A stretch of 64,000 nucleotides of DNA from the human T2T-CHM13v2.0 reference genome, Homo sapiens, in assembly GCF_009914755.1 (NCBI RefSeq), contig NC_060947.1. One strand, written 5' to 3'. Positions 48,801-63,749 of this stretch are shown in pieces (position 1 is the stretch's first letter; each line of letters starts with the position of its first letter). The notes under the pieces are model-generated. The model searched no databases and had not been told where the DNA came from. It saw only the letters and a program-made list of their open reading frames with translations. Made by a program: the position numbers and the translations under genes.

Positions 48801-51800
48801 TGTTCAACTCTGTGAGTTGAATGCAGTCATCGCAGAAAACTTTCTGAGAATGCTTCTGTCTAGGTTTGATGTGAAGATATAGACGTTTCAAACGAAGGCT
48901 ACAAAGTGGTCAAAATATACACTTGCAGATTCTACTACAAGGGTGTTGCAAACCTGAACTATCAAAGGAAGGTTCAACTCTGTGAGTTGAATACAAACAT
49001 CACAAAGAATGTTCTGAGTTTGCTTCCGTTCAGTTATGGGAAGTTGATCCCGTTTCCAACGAAATCCTCAGAGAGGTCCAAATATCCCCTCGCAGATTCT
49101 ACAAAACGTGTGTTTGGAAACTGCTCCATCATAACGAATGTTCAGCTCCCTGAGTTAAACTCCATCGTCACAAAGAATTTTCTGAGAGTGCTACCGTCTG
49201 GTTTTTATATGAAGTTCTTTCCTTCACTACCACAGGCCTCAAAGCGGTCCAAATCTCCACTTGCAGATTCTACAAAAAGAGTGTTTGCAAACTGCTCTAT
49301 CAAAAGGAATGTTCAACTCTGGGAGTTGAATGCAATCATCACAGAGCAGTTTCTGAGAATGCTTCTATGTCGTTTTTAGGAGAAGATATTTCCTTTTCCA
49401 ACACAGTCCTCCAAGCCCGCTAAATAGCCACTTGCACATTGTAGAAAAAGTGGGTCAAAGCTGCGCTATCAAAGGGAAAGTTCAACTCTGTGAGGTGAAT
49501 GCAAACATCCCAAAGAAGTTTCTGAGAATGCTTCCGTTTAGCTTTTAGGTGAAGATTATCCCGTTTCCAACGAAACCTTCAAAGAGGTCCAAATATCCCC
49601 TTGCGGATCCCACAGAAAGAGTGTTTCGAAACTGCTGTTTCAAAAGGAATCTTCAACTCTGTGAGTTGAATGCAATCATCACAAAGAAGTTTCTGACAAT
49701 GCTTCTCTCTCGTCTTTCTGTGAAGATAAAGGAAAAGGCTTTCAGGCCTTTGCCACCACAGGCCTGAAAGCGCTCCAAATGTCCACTTGCAGATTCTGCG
49801 AAAAGAATATTTCAAAACTGCTCTATGAAAAGCAATGTTAAACTCTGTGGCTCGAACACAAACATCACAAAGCAGTTTCTGAGAATGCTTCAGTTTAGTT
49901 TTTCTGTGGAAATATTCCCGTTTCCAAAGAAATCTTCAAAGAGGTCCACGCATCCACTTACAGATTCTACAAAAAGACAGTTTCAAAACTGCTCCATCAA
50001 AAGGAGGGTTCAACTGTGTGACTTGAATGCAATCATCACTCAGAAGTTTCTGAGAATGCTTCTCTTTAGTTTTTACGTGAACATATACCCGTTTCGAACG
50101 AAGGCCACCCAGTGGTCCAAATATCCACTTGCAGATTCTACAGAAAGAGTGTTTCGAACCTGAACTCTCAAAGGCAGGTTCATCTCTGCGAGTTAAATGC
50201 ATTCATCATGAAGAACTTTCTCAGAGTGTTTGTGTTTAGTTATGGGAAATTATTCCCGTTTCCAACGAAATCCTCAGAGAGCTCCAAATATCCACCTGCA
50301 GATTCTACCAAAAGTGTATTTGGAAACTGCTCCATCAAAAGGCATGTTCAGCTCTGTCAGTGAAACTCCATCATCACAAAGAATATTCTGAGAATGCTTC
50401 CGTTTGCCTTTTATATGAAGTTCCTTCCTGTACTACCGTAGGCCTCAAAGCAGTCCAAATCTCCATTTGCAGATTCTATAAAAAGAGTGATTCCAATCTG
50501 CTCTATCAATAGGATTGTTCAACTCCATGAGTTGAATGCCATCCTCACAAAGTAGTTTCTGAGAATGCTTCTATCTGGTTTTTGTGTGAAGATATTTCCT
50601 TTTCCACCACAGGCCTCAAAGCCCTCCAAACGTCCACTTGCAGATTCTCGAAAAAGAGTGTTTCATAGCTGCTCTTTCAAAAGGAAAGTTCAACTCTGGG
50701 AGTTGAATACAAACATCACAAAATAGTTTCCGAGAATGCTTCTGTTTAGTTTTTATGTGAAGATGATCCCGTTTCCAGTGAAATCTTCAAAGAGGTCCAC
50801 ATATCCCCTTGCAGATTCCAAAGAAAGAGGGTTTCAAAACTGCTCCATCAGAGGATTGTTCAACTCTGTGAGTTGAATGCAGTCATCGCAGAAAACTTTC
50901 TGAGAATGCTTCTGTCTAGGTTTGATGTGAAGATATAGACGTTTCAAACGAAGGCTACAAAGTGGTCAAAATATACACTTGCAGATTCTACTACAAGGGT
51001 GTTGCAAACCTGAACTATCAAAGGAAGGTTCAACTCTGTGAGTTGAATACAAACATCACAAAGAATGTTCTGAGTTTGCTTCCGTTCAGTTATGGGAAGT
51101 TGATCCCGTTTCCAACGAAATCCTCAGAGAGGTCCAAATATCCCCTCGCAGATTCTACAAAACGTGTGTTTGGAAACTGCTCCATCATAACGAATGTTCA
51201 GCTCCCTGAGTTAAACTCCATCGTCACAAAGAATTTTCTGAGAGTGCTACCGTCTGGTTTTTATATGAAGTTCTTTCCTTCACTACCACAGGCCTCAAAG
51301 CGGTCCAAATCTCCACTTGCAGATTCTACAAAAAGAGTGTTTGCAAACTGCTCTATCAAAAGGAATGTTCAACTCTGGGAGTTGAATGCAATCATCACAG
51401 AGCAGTTTCTGAGAATGCTTCTATGTCGTTTTTAGGAGAAGATATTTCCTTTTCCAACACAGTCCTCCAAGCCCGCTAAATAGCCACTTGCACATTGTAG
51501 AAAAAGTGTGTCAAAGCTGCGCTATCAAAGGGAAAGTTCAACTCTGTGAGGTGAATGCAAACATCCCAAAGAAGTTTCTGAGAATGCTTCCGTTTAGCTT
51601 TTAGGTGAAGATTATCCCGTTTCCAACGAAACCTTCAAAGAGGTCCAAATATCCCCTTGCGGATCCCACAGAAAGAGTGTTTCGAAACTGCTGTTTCAAA
51701 AGGAATCTTCAACTCTGTGAGTTGAATGCAATCATCACAAAGAAGTTTCTGACAATGCTTCTCTCTCGTCTTTCTGTGAAGATAAAGGAAAAGGCTTTCA

Positions 51801-54800
51801 GGCCTTTGCCACCACAGGCCTGAAAGCGCTCCAAATGTCCACTTGCAGATTCTGCGAAAAGAATATTTCAAAACTGCTCTATGAAAAGCAATGTTAAACT
51901 CTGTGGCTCGAACACAAACATCACAAAGCAGTTTCTGAGAATGCTTCAGTTTAGTTTTTCTGTGGAAATATTCCCGTTTCCAAAGAAATCTTCAAAGAGG
52001 TCCACGCATCCACTTACAGATTCTACAAAAAGACAGTTTCAAAACTGCTCCATCAAAAGGAGGGTTCAACTGTGTGACTTGAATGCAATCATCACTCAGA
52101 AGTTTCTGAGAATGCTTCTCTTTAGTTTTTACGTGAACATATACCCGTTTCGAACGAAGGCCACCCAGTGGTCCAAATATCCACTTGCAGATTCTACAGA
52201 AAGAGTGTTTCGAACCTGAACTCTCAAAGGCAGGTTCATCTCTGCGAGTTAAATGCATTCATCATGAAGAACTTTCTCAGAGTGTTTGTGTTTAGTTATG
52301 GGAAATTATTCCCGTTTCCAACGAAATCCTCAGAGAGCTCCAAATATCCACCTGCAGATTCTACCAAAAGTGTATTTGGAAACTGCTCCATCAAAAGGCA
52401 TGTTCAGCTCTGTGAGTGAAACTCCATCATCACAAAGAATATTCTGAGAATGCTTCCGTTTGCCTTTTATATGAAGTTCCTTCCTGTACTACCGTAGGCC
52501 TCAAAGCAGTCCAAATCTCCATTTGCAGATTCTATAAAAAGAGTGATTCCAATCTGCTCTATCAATAGGATTGTTCAACTCCATGAGTTGAATGCCATCC
52601 TCACAAAGTAGTTTCTGAGAATGCTTCTATCTGGTTTTTGTGTGAAGATATTTCCTTTTCCACCACAGGCCTCAAAGCCCTCCAAACGTCCACTTGCAGA
52701 TTCTCGAAAAAGAGTGTTTCATAGCTGCTCTTTCAAAAGGAAAGTTCAACTCTGGGAGTTGAATACAAACATCACAAAATAGTTTCCGAGAATGCTTCTG
52801 TTTAGTTTTTATGTGAAGATGATCCCGTTTCCAGTGAAATCTTCAAAGAGGTCCACATATCCCCTTGCAGATTCCAAAGAAAGAGGGTTTCAAAACTGCT
52901 CCATCAGAGGATTGTTCAACTCTGTGAGTTGAATGCAGTCATCGCAGAAAACTTTCTGAGAATGCTTCTGTCTAGGTTTGATGTGAAGATATAGACGTTT
53001 CAAACGAAGGCTACAAAGTGGTCAAAATATACACTTGCAGATTCTACTACAAGGGTGTTGCAAACCTGAACTATCAAAGGAAGGTTCAACTCTGTGAGTT
53101 GAATACAAACATCACAAAGAATGTTCTGAGTTTGCTTCCGTTCAGTTATGGGAAGTTGATCCCGTTTCCAACGAAATCCTCAGAGAGGTCCAAATATCCC
53201 CTCGCAGATTCTACAAAACGTGTGTTTGGAAACTGCTCCATCATAACGAATGTTCAGCTCCGTGAGTTAAACTCCATCGTCACAAAGAATTTTCTGAGAG
53301 TGCTACCGTCTGGTTTTTATATGAAGTTCTTTCCTTCACTACCACAGGCCTCAAAGCGGTCCAAATCTCCACTTGCAGATTCTACAAAAAGAGTGTTTGC
53401 AAACTGCTCTATCAAAAGGAATGTTCAACTCTGGGAGTTGAATGCAATCATCACAGAGCAGTTTCTGAGAATGCTTCTATGTCGTTTTTAGGAGAAGATA
53501 TTTCCTTTTCCAACACAGTCCTCCAAGCCCGCTAAATAGCCACTTGCACATTGTAGAAAAAGTGTGTCAAAGCTGCGCTATCAAAGGGAAAGTTCAACTC
53601 TGTGAGGTGAATGCAAACATCCCAAAGAAGTTTCTGAGAATGCTTCCGTTTAGCTTTTAGGTGAAGATTATCCCGTTTCCAACGAAACCTTCAAAGAGGT
53701 CCAAATATCCCCTTGCGGATCCCACAGAAAGAGTGTTGCGAAACTGCTGTTTCAAAAGGAATCTTCAACTCTGTGAGTTGAATGCAATCATCACAAAGAA
53801 GTTTCTGACAATGCTTCTCTCTCGTCTTTCTGTGAAGATAAAGGAAAAGGCTTTCAGGCCTTTGCCACCACAGGCCTGAAAGCGCTCCAAATGTCCACTT
53901 GCAGATTCTGCCAAAAGAATATTTCAAAACTGCTCTATGAAAAGCAATGTTAAACTCTGCGGCTCGAACACAAACATCACAAAGCGGTTTCTGAGAATGC
54001 TTCAGTTTAGTTTTTCTGTGGAAATATTCCCGTTTCCAAAGAAATCTTCAAAGAGGTCCACGTATCCACTTACAGATTCTACAAAAAGACAGTTTCAAAA
54101 CTGCTCCATCAAAAGGAGGGTTCAACTGTGTGACTTGAATGCAATCATCACTCAGAAGTTTCTGAGAATGCTTCTCTTTAGTTTTTACGTGAACATATAC
54201 CCGTTTCGAACGAAGGCCAGCCAGTGGTCCAAATATCCACTTGCAGATTCTACAGAAAGAGTGTTTCGAACCTGAACTCTCAAAGGCAGGTTCATCTCTG
54301 CGAGTTAAATGCATTCATCATGAAGAACTTTCTCAGAGTGTTTGTGTTTAGTTATGGGAAATTATTCCCGTTTCCAACGAAATCCTCAGAGAGCTCCAAA
54401 TATCCACCTGCAGATTCTACCAAAAGTGTATTTGGAAACTGCTCCATCAAAAGGCATGTTCAGCTCTGTCAGTGAAACTCCATCATCACAAAGAATATTC
54501 TGAGAATGCTTCCGTTTGCCTTTTATCTGAAGTTCCTTCCTATACGACCGTAGGCCTCAAAGCAGTCCAAATCTCCATTTGCAGATTCCACAAAAAGAGT
54601 GATTCCAATCTGCTCTATCAATAGGATTGTTCAACTCCATGAGTTGAATGCCATCCTCACAAAGTCGTTTCTGAGAATGCTTCTATCTAGTTTTTATGTG
54701 AAGATATTTCCTTTTCCACCACAGGCCTCAAAGCCCTCCAAACGTCCACTTGCAGATTCTCGAAAAAGAGTGTTTCATAGCTGCTCTTTCAAAAGGAAAG

Positions 54801-57800
54801 TTCAACTCTGGCAGTTGAATACAAACATCACAAAGTAGTTTCCGAGAATGCTTCTGTTTAGTTTTTATGTGAAGATGATCCCGTTTCCAGTGAAATCTTC
54901 AAAGAGGTCCACATATCCCCTTGCAGATTCCAAAGAAAGAGGGTTTCAAAACTGCTCCATCAGAAGGATTGTTCAACTCTGTGAGTTGAATGCAGTCATC
55001 GCAGAAAACTTTCTGAGAATGCTTCTGTCTAGGTTTGATGTGAAGATATAGACGTTTCAAACGAAGGCTACAAAGTGGTCAAAATATACACTTGCAGATT
55101 CTACTACAAGGGTGTTGCAAACCTGAACTATCAAAGGAAGGTTCAACTCTGTGAGTTGAATACAAACATCACAAAGAATGTTCTGAGTTTGCTTCCGTTC
55201 AGTTATGGGAAGTTGATCCCGTTTCCAACGAAATCCTCAGAGAGGTCCAAATATCCCCTTGCAGATTCTACAAAACGTGTGTTTGGAAACTGCTCCATCA
55301 TAACGAATGTTCAGCTCCCTGAGTTAAACTCCATCGTCACAAAGAATTTTCTGAGAGTGCTACCGTCTGGTTTTTATATGAAGTTCTTTCCTTCACTACC
55401 ACAGGCCTCAAAGCGGTCCAAATCTCCACTTGCAGATTCTACAAAAAGAGTGTTTGCAAACTGCTCTATCAAAAGGAATGTTCAACTCTGGGAGTTGAAT
55501 GCAATCATCACAGAGCAGTTTCTGAGAATGCTTCTATGTCGTTTTTAGGAGAAGATATTTCCTTTTCCAACACAGTCCTCCAAGCCCGCTAAATAGCCAC
55601 TTGCACATTGTAGAAAAAGTGTGTCAAAGCTGCGCTATCAAAGGGAAAGTTCAACTCTGTGAGGTGAATGCAAACATCCCAAAGAAGTTTCTGAGAATGC
55701 TTCCGTTTAGCTTTTAGGTGAAGATTATCCCGTTTCCAACGAAACCTTCAAAGAGGTCCAAATATCCCCTTGCGGATCCCACAGAAAGAGTGTTTCGAAA
55801 CTGCTGTTTCAAAAGGAATCTTCAACTCTGTGAGTTGAATGCAATCATCACAAAGAAGTTTCTGACAATGCTTCTCTCTCGTCTTTCTGTGAAGATAAAG
55901 GAAAAGGCTTTCAGGCCTTTGCCACCACAGGCCTGAAAGCGCTCCAAATGTCCACTTGCAGATTCTGCGAAAAGAATATTTCAAAACTGCTCTATGAAAA
56001 GCAATGTTAAACTCTGTGGCTCGAACACAAACATCACAAAGCAGTTTCTGAGAATGCTTCAGTTTAGTTTTTCTGTGGAAATATTCCCGTTTCCAAAGAA
56101 ATCTTCAAAGAGGTCCACGCATCCACTTACAGATTCTACAAAAAGACAGTTTCAAAACTGCTCCATCAAAAGGAGGGTTCAACTGTGTGACTTGAATGCA
56201 ATCATCACTCAGAAGTTTCTGAGAATGCTTCTCTTTAGTTTTTACGTGAACATATACCCGTTTCGAACGAAGGCCACCCAGTGGTCCAAATATCCACTTG
56301 CAGATTCTACAGAAAGAGTGTTTCGAACCTGAACTCTCAAAGGCAGGTTCATCTCTGCGAGTTAAATGCATTCATCATGAAGAACTTTCTCAGAGTGTTT
56401 GTGTTTAGTTATGGGAAATTATTCCCGTTTCCAACGAAATCCTCAGAGAGCTCCAAATATCCACCTGCAGATTCTACCAAAAGTGTATTTGGAAACTGCT
56501 CCATCAAAAGGCATGTTCAGCTCTGTGAGTGAAACTCCATCATCACAAAGAATATTCTGAGAATGCTTCCGTTTGCCTTTTATATGAAGTTCCTTCCTGT
56601 ACTACCGTAGGCCTCAAAGCAGTCCAAATCTCCATTTGCAGATTCTATAAAAAGAGTGATTCCAATCTGCTCTATCAATAGGATTGTTCAACTCCATGAG
56701 TTGAATGCCATCCTCACAAAGTAGTTTCTGAGAATGCTTCTATCTGGTTTTTGTGTGAAGATATTTCCTTTTCCACCACAGGCCTCAAAGCCCTCCAAAC
56801 GTCCACTTGCAGATTTTCGAAAAAGAGTGTTTCATAGCTGCTCTTTCAAAAGGAAAGTTCAACTCTGGGAGTTGAATACAAACATCACAAAGTAGTTTCC
56901 GAGAATGCTTCTGTTTAGTTTTTATGTGAAGATGATCCCGTTTCCAGTGAAATCTTCAAAGAGGTCCACATATCCCCTTGCAGATTCCAAAGAAAGAGGG
57001 TTTCAAAACTGCTCCATCAGAGGATTGTTCAACTCTGTGAGTTGAATGCAGTCATCGCAGAAAACTTTCTGAGAATGCTTCTGTCTAGGTTTGATGTGAA
57101 GATATAGACGTTTCAAACGAAGGCTACAAAGTGGTCAAAATATACACTTGCAGATTCTACTACAAGGGTGTTGCAAACCTGAACTATCAAAGGAAGGTTC
57201 AACTCTGTGAGTTGAATACAAACATCACAAAGAATGTTCTGAGTTTGCTTCCGTTCAGTTATGGGAAGTTGATCCCGTTTCCAACGAAATCCTCAGAGAG
57301 GTCCAAATATCCCCTCGCAGATTCTACAAAACGTGTGTTTGGAAACTGCTCCATCATAACGAATGTTCAGCTCCCTGAGTTAAACTCCATCGTCACAAAG
57401 AATTTTCTGAGAGTGCTACCGTCTGGTTTTTATATGAAGTTCTTTCCTTCACTACCACAGGCCTCAAAGCGGTCCAAATCTCCACTTGCAGATTCTACAA
57501 AAAGAGTGTTTGCAAACTGCTCTATCAAAAGGAATGTTCAACTCTGGGAGTTGAATGCAATCATCACAGAGCAGTTTCTGAGAATGCTTCTATGTCGTTT
57601 TTAGGAGAAGATATTTCCTTTTCCAACACAGTCCTCCAAGCCCGCTAAATAGCCACTTGCACATTGTAGAAAAAGTGTGTCAAAGCTGCGCTATCAAAGG
57701 GAAAGTTCAACTCTGTGAGGTGAATGCAAACATCCCAAAGAAGTTTCTGAGAATGCTTCCGTTTAGCTTTTAGGTGAAGATTATCCCGTTTCCAACGAAA

Positions 57801-60800
57801 CCTTCAAAGAGGTCCAAATATCCCCTTGCGGATCCCACAGAAAGAGTGTTTCGAAACTGCTGTTTCAAAAGGAATCTTCAACTCTGTGAGTTGAATGCAA
57901 TCATCACAAAGAAGTTTCTGACAATGCTTCTCTCTCGTCTTTCTGTGAAGATAAAGGAAAAGGCTTTCAGGCCTTTGCCACCACAGGCCTGAAAGCGCTC
58001 CAAATGTCCACTTGCAGATTCTGCGAAAAGAATATTTCAAAACTGCTCTATGAAAAGCAATGTTAAACTCTGTGGCTCGAACACAAACATCACAAAGCAG
58101 TTTCTGAGAATGCTTCAGTTTAGTTTTTCTGTGGAAATATTCCCGTTTCCAAAGAAATCTTCAAAGAGGTCCACGCATCCACTTACAGATTCTACAAAAA
58201 GACAGTTTCAAAACTGCTCCATCAAAAGGAGGGTTCAACTGTGTGACTTGAATGCAATCATCACTCAGAAGTTTCTGAGAATGCTTCTCTTTAGTTTTTA
58301 CGTGAACATATACCCGTTTCGAACGAAGGCCACCCAGTGGTCCAAATATCCACTTGCAGATTCTACAGAAAGAGTGTTTCGAACCTGAACTCTCAAAGGC
58401 AGGTTCATCTCTGCGAGTTAAATGCATTCATCATGAAGAACTTTCTCAGAGTGTTTGTGTTTAGTTATGGGAAATTATTCCCGTTTCCAACGAAATCCTC
58501 AGAGAGCTCCAAATATCCACCTGCAGATTCTACCAAAAGTGTATTTGGAAACTGCTCCATCAAAAGGCATGTTCAGCTCTGTGAGTGAAACTCCATCATC
58601 ACAAAGAATATTCTGAGAATGCTTCCGTTTGCCTTTTATATGAAGTTCCTTCCTGTACTACCGTAGGCCTCAAAGCAGTCCAAATCTCCATTTGCAGATT
58701 CTATAAAAAGAGTGATTCCAATCTGCTCTATCAATAGGATTGTTCAACTCCATGAGTTGAATGCCATCCTCACAAAGTAGTTTCTGAGAATGCCTCTATC
58801 TGGTTTTTGTGTGAAGATATTTCCTTTTCCACCACAGGCCTCAAAGCCCTCCAAACGTCCACTTGCAGATTCTCGAAAAAGAGTGTTTCATAGCTGCTCT
58901 TTCAAAAGGAAAGTTCAACTCTGGGAGTTGAATACAAACATCACAAAATAGTTTCCGAGAATGCTTCTGTTTAGTTTTTATGTGAAGATGATCCCGTTTC
59001 CAGTGAAATCTTCAAAGAGGTCCACATATCCCCTTGCAGATTCCAAAGAAAGAGGGTTTCAAAACTGCTCCATCAGAGGATTGTTCAACTCTGTGAGTTG
59101 AATGCAGTCATCGCAGAAAACTTTCTGAGAATGCTTCTGTCTAGGTTTGATGTGAAGATATAGACGTTTCAAACGAAGGCTACAAAGTGGTCAAAATATA
59201 CACTTGCAGATTCTACTACAAGGGTGTTGCAAACCTGAACTATCAAAGGAAGGTTCAACTGTGTGAGTTGAATACAAACATCACAAAGAATGTTCTGAGT
59301 TTGCTTCCGTTCAGTTATGGGAAGTTGATCCCGTTTCCAACGAAATCCTCAGAGAGGTCCAAATATCCCCTCGCAGATTCTACAAAACGTGTGTTTGGAA
59401 ACTGCTCCATCATAACGAATGTTCAGCTCCCTGAGTTAAACTCCATCGTCACAAAGAATTTTCTGAGAGTGCTACCGTCTGGTTTTTATATGAAGTTCTT
59501 TCCTTCACTACCACAGGCCTCAAAGCGGTCCAAATCTCCACTTGCAGATTCTACAAAAAGAGTGTTTGCAAACTGCTCTATCAAAAGGAATGTTCAACTC
59601 TGGGAGTTGAATGCAATCATCACAGAGCAGTTTCTGAGAATGCTTCTATGTCGTTTTTAGGAGAAGATATTTCCTTTTCCAACACAGTCCTCCAAGCCCG
59701 CTAAATAGCCACTTGCACATTGTAGAAAAAGTGTGTCAAAGCTGCGCTATCAAAGGGAAACTTCAACTCTGTGAGGTGAATGCAAACATCCCAAAGAAGT
59801 TTCTGAGAATGCTTCCGTTTAGCTTTTAGGTGAAGATTATCCCGTTTCCAACGAAACCTTCAAAGAGGTCCAAATATCCCCTTGCGGATCCCACAGAAAG
59901 AGTGTTTCGAAACTGCTGTTTCAAAAGGAATCTTCAACTCTGTGAGTTGAATGCAATCATCACAAAGAAGTTTCTGACAATGCTTCTCTCTCGTCTTTCT
60001 GTGAAGATAAAGGAAAAGGCTTTCAGGCCTTTGCCACCACAGGCCTGAAAGCGCTCCAAATGTCCACTTGCAGATTCTGCGAAAAGAATATTTCAAAACT
60101 GCTCTATGAAAAGCAATGTTAAACTCTGTGGCTCGAACACAAACATCACAAAGCAGTTTCTGAGAATGCTTCAGTTTAGTTTTTCTGTGGAAATATTCCC
60201 GTTTCCAAAGAAATCTTCAAAGAGGTCCACGCATCCACTTACAGATTCTACAAAAAGACAGTTTCAAAACTGCTCCATCAAAAGGAGGGTTCAACTGTGT
60301 GACTTGAATGCAATCATCACTCAGAAGTTTCTGAGAATGCTTCTCTTTAGTTTTTACGTGAACATATACCCGTTTCGAACGAAGGCCACCCAGTGGTCCA
60401 AATATCCACTTGCAGATTCTACAGAAAGAGTGTTTCGAACCTGAACTCTCAAAGGCAGGTTCATCTCTGCGAGTTAAATGCATTCATCATGAAGAACTTT
60501 CTCAGAGTGTTTGTGTTTAGTTATGGGAAATTATTCCCGTTTCCAACGAAATCCTCAGAGAGCTCCAAATATCCACCTGCAGATTCTACCAAAAGTGTAT
60601 TTGGAAACTGCTCCATCAAAAGGCATGTTCAGCTCTGTGAGTGAAACTCCATCATCACAAAGAATATTCTGAGAATGCTTCCGTTTGCCTTTTATATGAA
60701 GTTCCTTCCTGTACTACCGTAGGCCTCAAAGCAGTCCAAATCTCCATTTGCAGATTCTATAAAAAGAGTGATTCCAATCTGCTCTATCAATAGGATTGTT

Positions 60801-63749
60801 CAACTCCATGAGTTGAATGCCATCCTCACAAAGTAGTTTCTGAGAATGCTTCTATCTGGTTTTTGTGTGAAGATATTTCCTTTTCCACCACAGGCCTCAA
60901 AGCCCTCCAAACGTCCACTTGCAGATTCTCGAAAAAGAGTGTTTCATAGCTGCTCTTTCAAAAGGAAAGTTCAACTCTGGGAGTTGAATACAAACATCAC
61001 AAAATAGTTTCCGAGAATGCTTCTGTTTAGTTTTTATGTGAAGATGATCCCGTTTCCAGTGAAATCTTCAAAGAGGTCCACATATCCCCTTGCAGATTCC
61101 AAAGAAAGAGGGTTTCAAAACTGCTCCATCAGAGGATTGTTCAACTCTGTGAGTTGAATGCAGTCATCGCAGAAAACTTTCTGAGAATGCTTCTGTCTAG
61201 GTTTGATGTGAAGATATAGACGTTTCAAACGAAGGCTACAAAGTGGTCAAAATATACACTTGCAGATTCTACTACAAGGGTGTTGCAAACCTGAACTATC
61301 AAAGGAAGGTTCAACTCTGTGAGTTGAATACAAACATCACAAAGAATGTTCTGAGTTTGCTTCCGTTCAGTTATGGGAAGTTGATCCCGTTTCCAACGAA
61401 ATCCTCAGAGAGGTCCAAATATCCCCTCGCAGATTCTACAAAACGTGTGTTTGGAAACTGCTCCATCATAACGAATGTTCAGCTCCCTGAGTTAAACTCC
61501 ATCGTCACAAAGAATTTTCTGAGAGTGCTACCGTCTGGTTTTTATATGAAGTTCTTTCCTTCACTACCACAGGCCTCAAAGCGGTCCAAATCTCCACTTG
61601 CAGATTCTACAAAAAGAGTGTTTGCAAACTGCTCTATCAAAAGGAATGTTCAACTCTGGGAGTTGAATGCAATCATCACAGAGCAGTTTCTGAGAATGCT
61701 TCTATGTCGTTTTTAGGAGAAGATATTTCCTTTTCCAACACAGTCCTCCAAGCCCGCTAAATAGCCACTTGCACATTGTAGAAAAAGTGTGTCAAAGCTG
61801 CGCTATCAAAGGGAAAGTTCAACTCTGTGAGGTGAATGCAAACATCCCAAAGAAGTTTCTGAGAATGCTTCCGTTTAGCTTTTAGGTGAAGATTATCCCG
61901 TTTCCAACGAAACCTTCAAAGAGGTCCAAATATCCCCTTGCGGATCCCACAGAAAGAGTGTTTCGAAACTGCTGTTTCAAAAGGAATCTTCAACTCTGTG
62001 AGTTGAATGCAATCATCACAAAGAAGTTTCTGACAATGCTTCTCTCTCGTCTTTCTGTGAAGATAAAGGAAAAGGCTTTCAGGCCTTTGCCACCACAGGC
62101 CTGAAAGCGCTCCAAATGTCCACTTGCAGATTCTGCCAAAAGAATATTTCAAAACTGCTCTATGAAAAGCAATGTTAAACTCTGCGGCTCGAACACAAAC
62201 ATCACAAAGCGGTTTCTGAGAATGCTTCAGTTTAGTTTTTCTGTGGAAATATTCCCGTTTCCAAAGAAATCTTCAAAGAGGTCCACGTATCCACTTACAG
62301 ATTCTACAAAAAGACAGTTTCAAAACTGCTCCATCAAAAGGAGGGTTCAACTGTGTGACTTGAATGCAATCATCACTCAGAAGTTTCTGAGAATGCTTCT
62401 CTTTAGTTTTTACGTGAACATATACCCGTTTCGAACGAAGGCCAGCCAGTGGTCCAAATATCCACTTGCAGATTCTACAGAAAGAGTGTTTCGAACCTGA
62501 ACTCTCAAAGGCAGGTTCATCTCTGCGAGTTAAATGCATTCATCATGAAGAACTTTCTCAGAGTGTTTGTGTTTAGTTATGGGAAATTATTCCCGTTTCC
62601 AACGAAATCCTCAGAGAGCTCCAAATATCCACCTGCAGATTCTACCAAAAGTGTATTTGGAAACTGCTCCATCAAAAGGCATGTTCAGCTCTGTCAGTGA
62701 AACTCCATCATCACAAAGAATATTCTGAGAATGCTTCCGTTTGCCTTTTATCTGAAGTTCCTTCCTATACGACCGTAGGCCTCAAAGCAGTCCAAATCTC
62801 CATTTGCAGATTCCACAAAAAGAGTGATTCCAATCTGCTCTATCAATAGGATTGTTCAACTCCATGAGTTGAATGCCATCCTCACAAAGTCGTTTCTGAG
62901 AATGCTTCTATCTAGTTTTTATGTGAAGATATTTCCTTTTCCACCACAGGCCTCAAAGCCCTCCAAACGTCCACTTGCAGATTCTCGAAAAAGAGTGTTT
63001 CATAGCTGCTCTTTCAAAAGGAAAGTTCAACTCTGGCAGTTGAATACAAACATCACAAAGTAGTTTCCGAGAATGCTTCTGTTTAGTTTTTATGTGAAGA
63101 TGATCCCGTTTCCAGTGAAATCTTCAAAGAGGTCCACATATCCCCTTGCAGATTCCAAAGAAAGAGGGTTTCAAAACTGCTCCATCAGAAGGATTGTTCA
63201 ACTCTGTGAGTTGAATGCAGTCATCGCAGAAAACTTTCTGAGAATGCTTCTGTCTAGGTTTGATGTGAAGATATAGACGTTTCAAACGAAGGCTACAAAG
63301 TGGTCAAAATATACACTTGCAGATTCTACTACAAGGGTGTTGCAAACCTGAACTATCAAAGGAAGGTTCAACTCTGTGAGTTGAATACAAACATCACAAA
63401 GAATGTTCTGAGTTTGCTTCCGTTCAGTTATGGGAAGTTGATCCCGTTTCCAACGAAATCCTCAGAGAGGTCCAAATATCCCCTTGCAGATTCTACAAAA
63501 CGTGTGTTTGGAAACTGCTCCATCATAACGAATGTTCAGCTCCCTGAGTTAAACTCCATCGTCACAAAGAATTTTCTGAGAGTGCTACCGTCTGGTTTTT
63601 ATATGAAGTTCTTTCCTTCACTACCACAGGCCTCAAAGCGGTCCAAATCTCCACTTGCAGATTCTACAAAAAGAGTGTTTGCAAACTGCTCTATCAAAAG
63701 GAATGTTCAACTCTGGGAGTTGAATGCAATCATCACAGAGCAGTTTCTG

